DNA from: Blastocladiella emersonii ATCC 22665
Lineage: Eukaryota; Fungi; Blastocladiomycota
DNA length: 64,000 nt
Reading direction: 5' to 3'
Assembly: GCA_025594325.1 (NCBI GenBank)
Contig: JANHCV010000006.1
Span: 930,001 to 994,000 of the forward strand
This document shows positions 59,701 through 64,000 of this stretch, piece after piece (position 1 is the first letter of the stretch; every line of letters begins with the position of its first letter). The notes under the pieces are model-generated. The model made no database searches. It saw nothing but the letters and a program-made list of their open reading frames with translations, and was not told the DNA's origin. A program made the translations under genes and the position numbers.

Positions 59701-61549
59701 GCGCGGCAGACCCGATGCCGTGAGGGCGGGTATGGTCGGCGCGGACCCGGACTCGAGGACAGCGGCGAGTAAGATGCCATCGCGGCAGTCGTTGTCGTGG
59801 TCGCGCGGAACTCCTGGGCGCCGTGCCAGTGCTGGAGGGCGGTTTCCTGGAGCCGCGACTACCGCGACGGCATCTCACCCATGGCCGGCGCCGCGATCCG
59901 CAGGTTCATAAACGACTCGGACCCGGTGCGCACGAGTACGGCAGTGGCAGCGGCACCCATGCCGGGCGTGGTCGGGCAGGTGGGCAGGCCCGCGAGCGGG
60001 GACGCCATGAGGCTGGTCGCGGACTCCGACCGCGACAAGCCGCGCGAGTCGACGCACATCGATTAAGCGGCGTTGATGGCGGCGCGCAGCCGTGTCGGTT
60101 CCATGGCCAAGCAGGCCCGGTCGACGCGGCGAATGCAGCGGCGTAGCGATGTAGAGCGGCAGTGACAAGGACGAGGATCGCGCAGCCGGCTTCGAGTCGT
60201 GGGTGGCGTGAAGTTGGCGGTATGATGAGACAGAAACCCGCTCTCGCCGTTGAACCGGCCACACGTTGAGGTGGTCAATGATGGGCGTGCGCACGAGCGA
60301 CGGCGCGCCGGTGGTGGAGAAGCTCGTTGGACGTGTACGTGCGCCCAATGACGGAAGAGGAAGACACAAACGGCTAGACGTTGCACGCGGCGGATTCGTG
60401 GAAGCAGCGGTTTCGCGCGATCCGCGGGGCTCAGACAGCAGCTGGTGGTCGCGTCGAGATGAGCCACGATGCGCGCGGAAAAGCAGGCCGTGCGCGGACC
60501 CGAGCAGGGGCTTGCCGTCGGCGTTGACGGCGGGCAAGCGTCGCTTCGGCGGCACACACGAAGCCCAGCAGACGCGCATTGAGCATGGCATCGACGCCTC
60601 GCTGCCTTGGTCGCGTTTGAGCCCCATCGCTCGTGCGGCTACTCGATGCATCGTGGTTGAGGTTCCCGTCATCACGCACATCGCAGCGTAGAAGGGGCCG
60701 CGTAACATACTGGTACCGATCGGCGACCTGTACGGCCGGGGCCGGGTAGGGACAGGTGCGGCAAGACCCCGCCTGATGATGACCGGCGTCGCGGCAAGTG
60801 GTGCGCAGTTACATTGCAGCGAGTCATTTGCATAAGATACATGGTATGCGACCGTCATGGCGGAGAACGAGCGGGATGACGAACGAACCGGCGAACCGGC
60901 GCCACCGCGCGTCGCGTTTCAGCATGACACAGCCGTCGGCTGACGGCCGATTTAGAAGGCTAAGTCGCCAACCCCTCCCACGCCCCGCAAATTAAATCTA
61001 ATAATTGCGGGAGCACCACTAAAATTGCTCGTCCGACATATCAGAGCCGTATGTGCAATTTGAGCCGGGTCGGATATGTGACTCAATTCAAGAAGCTAAG
61101 CTTTAAGTGCCTTTTTCGTCCGAGCGACCAAACTGAAAGTTTTTTTCAACTTTGCACGGTCGGACGAGTTCTCGGTACCCCGACACCTCGACTCGGATAT
61201 TTTCACGTATTCCGGGCCTCTGAAGGTCGCTAATCACGGATCTGCCCTCAGAGAAATGTTTCCGATGCACCTTGAAATCAAGCAGCTAAGTCGAGTCACG
61301 TGGGCGAGCTTCGAGTCATAGCCAGCGACGTGACGTTCACGTCCGCGTGACCGCTAAGCACGCGCTGACCTGCTCCCGCCCATGTCTGGCGACTTTTACG
61401 GCAGTAGCTGCAGCAAAACCATGCACAGACGATCGCGCAGAACAACAAACGAGACGCTTGTTCACTCGAGCGGCCCTGGCGCGAGGAAGCGAGTACTCTT
61501 CGGTTGCAACTGAAGAGAGCTTGACAGGCTTCAGGAGCAGTCAAGCGAA

Positions 61550-61612
61550 GCCGAGATCAAGGACGCGGCAAGCATGATGCCGAGATCAAGGACGCGGCAA
61601 GCATGATGCCGA
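61550..61612. repeat. Perfect 29-bp tandem duplication
   Basis: GCCGAGATCAAGGACGCGGCAAGCATGAT occurs twice (61550-61578, 61579-61607), followed by GCCGA. Confidence 0.9.
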
Positions 61613-61896
61613 ATCGTTGATAGCCTCTTTCGCGTCAAGAAGGAGGAGATCAGTCGCTGACAAGAGAGAGTTTAGAAGCGCGGTTTTTATCTCAACTCGA
61701 TCATCGAGCGGGGACAAGGCGGTCGAGGAGAACGGCGCAAGAGGAGAAAGGAGGGAGAGGAAAGAGCAAGGCAAAGAAGTTCAACGAGAAGGAGGGGAAA
61801 GGAGACAGGGGGGACGAGAAAAGCAAACGACGAGGGGGGAAGAAGCACATCGCGGTATCTGCGATGGAGGCAGAGGGTGGTGACGGGCGGGAGGGC

Positions 61897-62916
61897 TTAG
61901 TGGCAGCCGTCGCCGTAGTAGCCCGACTCGTAGCCGTGGCCGCTGTCGCCGTAGTAGCCCGACTCGTAGCCCTTGGAATCGTCGCCGTAGTAGCCCGAGT
62001 CGTAGCCCTTCGAGTCGTCGCCGTAGTAGCCCGACTCGTAGCCCTTCGAGTCGTCACCGTAGTACCCGGAGTCGTAGCCCTTCGAGTCGTCGCCGTAGTA
62101 GCCCGAGTCGTAGCCCTTCGAGTCGTCGCCGTAGTAGCCCGAGTCGTAGCCCTTCGAGTCGTCGCCGTAGTAGCCCGAGTCGTAGCCCTTCGAGTCGTCG
62201 CCGTAGTAGCCCGACTCGTAGCCCTTGGAATCGTCGCCGTAGTAGCCCGAGTCGTAGCCCTTCGAGTCGTCGCCGTAGTAGCCCGAGTCGTAGCCCTTCG
62301 AGTCGTCGCCGTAGTAGCCCGAGTCGTAGCCCTTCGAGTCGTCGCCGTAGTAGCCCGAGTCGTAGCCCTTCGAGTCGTCGCCGTAGTAGCCCGAGTCGTA
62401 GCCCTTCGAGTCGTCGCCGTAGTAGCCCGAGTCGTAGCCCTTCGAGTCGTCGCCGTAGTAGCCCGAGTCGTAGCCCTTCGAGTCGTCGCCGTAGTAGCCC
62501 GAGTCGTAGCCCTTCGAGTCGTCGCCGTAGTAGCCCGAGTCGTAGCCCTTCGAGTCGTCGCCGTAGTAGCCCGAGTCGTAGCCCGAGTCCTTGCCGCAGT
62601 CGTCGCCGTAGTAGCCCGAGTCGTAGCCCTTCGAGTCGTCGCCGTAGTAGCCCGACTCGTAGCCCTTGGAATCGTCGCCGTAGTAGCCCGAGTCGTAGCC
62701 CTTCGAGTCGTCGCCGTAGTAGCCCGAGTCGTAGCCCTTCGAGTCGTCGCCGTAGTAGCCCGAGTCGTAGCCCTTCGAGTCGTCGCCGTAGTACCCGGAG
62801 TCGTAGCCCTTCGAGTCGTCACCGTAGTACCCGGAGTCGTAGCTGCCGTACGAGTCGTCGCCGTAGTAACCCGAGTCGTAGCCCTTCGAGTCGCTGCCGT
62901 AGCCGTAGCCGGTCAT
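61897..62916 (-). CDS. Gly/Tyr/Asp/Ser tandem-repeat protein (339 aa), 27 copies of GYDSGYYGDDSK
   Basis: ATG 62916 in an ACCACCATG context like other genes here. All codons are host-optimal and substitutions between units are synonymous or conservative (D/E). No signal peptide. Confidence 0.8.
   Translation of the reverse strand: MTGYGYGSDSKGYDSGYYGDDSYGSYDSGYYGDDSKGYDSGYYGDDSKGYDSGYYGDDSKGYDSGYYGDDSKGYDSGYYGDDSKGYESGYYGDDSKGYDSGYYGDDCGKDSGYDSGYYGDDSKGYDSGYYGDDSKGYDSGYYGDDSKGYDSGYYGDDSKGYDSGYYGDDSKGYDSGYYGDDSKGYDSGYYGDDSKGYDSGYYGDDSKGYDSGYYGDDSKGYDSGYYGDDSKGYESGYYGDDSKGYDSGYYGDDSKGYDSGYYGDDSKGYDSGYYGDDSKGYDSGYYGDDSKGYESGYYGDDSKGYDSGYYGDDSKGYESGYYGDSGHGYESGYYGDGCH
61900..62905. repeat. Coding minisatellite, 36-bp unit, about 27 copies
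   Basis: Near-identical GTCGTCGCCGTAGTAGCCCGAGTCGTAGCCCTTCGA units with no spacers. Confidence 0.95.
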
Positions 62917-63716
62917 GGTGGTGGAGGGGGTGGGGTGGGGTGGGGGTGGGGTGTGCAAGAGTGCAAGGGAGAGAGGACTGGGAGGCGCTCGCTGTCGAAT
63001 CGAGAGGGAGGGATGCGGGGCGGCGGCCGCTATTAATCGGCCGGCGAGCGGGACGCGGGGGAGGGCGAGGGTGCAGAGCAGCGGCGACAGCAACAGCGAG
63101 GCGGGCGATGCCCACGGCGAGGCAGCAGCTGCCGAGCGAGCGATCTCTCTCAGGCCAGCGGCGTCGCTGCGCGCGAAGGAAAGCGCAGGTCCACGACGAC
63201 GACAACGGCCGCGTGTGCCTGCGCGTCTTGGCGCGACGCCAGCTGGCGTATGGAGCTAGCAGAAACGCGAGAGAGCAAGCATCGGATCGGGCCCTGCCCA
63301 TGGTGCTGCGCTAGGTCCACTTGCGGCGCGCCGAGTCGTCTTTGGACCCGGCCGCGCCAAGCCGCGAAGGCCGCCGCCGTCCTGGGTCCACTTTCGCGGA
63401 GCTACGCGTGGCCGCAGCGCGTCGCTCGTTGCATCCAGTTGCGTTCCATCTGCTTGCATCGCTCATCGGGAAGGTGCGTGGGGCCCCGGAGCTCGAGCGA
63501 GTCAGCGAGCGAGCGAGGTGTGGCGGCGGACGACGCCGCGGCGCGTGGGTCACGCCATTTCGCGTCGCGTCTCCAAGTCCCTGAGCTGAGAGACAGAGGC
63601 AGGAAGCACGGCAAGTCGAAGACAGAATACGAGATATAGTACACTAAGAAGAATACAAACGGCTTACAATGACGAAAATCAAACTCGGAGCGCAGTCATA
63701 CACGCGCTCCCCTTGC

Positions 63717-64000
63717 TCAGATGAGCGCCGCTATGGCCGCCGCGACGGCCTCGGGGGCCGGCGCGACCATGGGCATCTCGATGCGGTCGAAGAAGTCGAC
63801 CATCTTTGCCACTTCCTTGGCGTACGAGCCCTCGATCGGCGACGCCTTGGCCGTGTACAGCGACGTCAGCACCGGCGTGATCAGCGGGACCATGCGCGGC
63901 GGCGCCGTTGTGCCCTTGGCCGCCGCCGCCACCACCTTGGCCTCCATCATCTCCTTGACGCCCTTGACCTTGTCACACACGTTGTTGAGCGCCATGATGC
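63717..64000 (-). CDS. 3' end of an uncharacterised gene running in from beyond the window
   Basis: Host-biased codons (..KMVDFFDRIEMPMVAPAPEAVAAAIAALI stop). The frame is open to the window edge. Confidence 0.6.
   Translation of the reverse strand, partial: IMALNNVCDKVKGVKEMMEAKVVAAAAKGTTAPPRMVPLITPVLTSLYTAKASPIEGSYAKEVAKMVDFFDRIEMPMVAPAPEAVAAAIAALI

Noticed and set aside
61900-62905. 36-bp repeat array as a CRISPR, or the product as an ice-nucleation protein
   Set aside because: There are no unique spacers or cas genes and the context is eukaryotic. The unit lacks the 16-aa AGYGSTxTA / TxT pattern of ice-nucleation proteins.

Overview
Very GC-rich, gene-dense eukaryotic DNA with short spliceosomal introns (mostly 53-100 nt, GTACGY/GTGCGY donors, TAG/CAG acceptors). 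Gene content and the MPP-beta sequence point to an early-diverging zoosporic fungus (Blastocladiomycota). The protein matches my recollection of Blastocladiella emersonii MPP-beta, which I could not check by search. About 20 genes can be modelled. Recognisable ones are DNMT2, NDUFAF7, clathrin light chain, dihydrolipoamide dehydrogenase, MRPL32, an inositol 5-phosphatase next to an MTMR14-like 3-phosphatase, a SAL1-like carrier, a bacterial-type substrate-binding protein, a CAT-type permease, an I-BAR protein, NIC96, PEX39-like, MPP-beta and ARP9-like. Several orphans are also present. Most long ORFs in the supplied track are antisense or off-frame shadows caused by high GC. The most notable observations are: (1) an XPA/RAD14 locus with three separate lesions; (2) a 339-aa protein made almost entirely of 27 copies of GYDSGYYGDDSK; (3) a well-spliced five-exon gene broken by one in-frame TAG; (4) a plant-like LRR receptor-like gene built from 72-nt exons; (5) a 46-bp E2F/SBF-like promoter module duplicated 6.5 kb apart; (6) an over-long intron that folds into a long hairpin; (7) a strong GTGTAG acceptor bias; (8) a decayed Polo-box relic. 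I found no tRNA, rRNA, CRISPR array or recognisable intact transposon.
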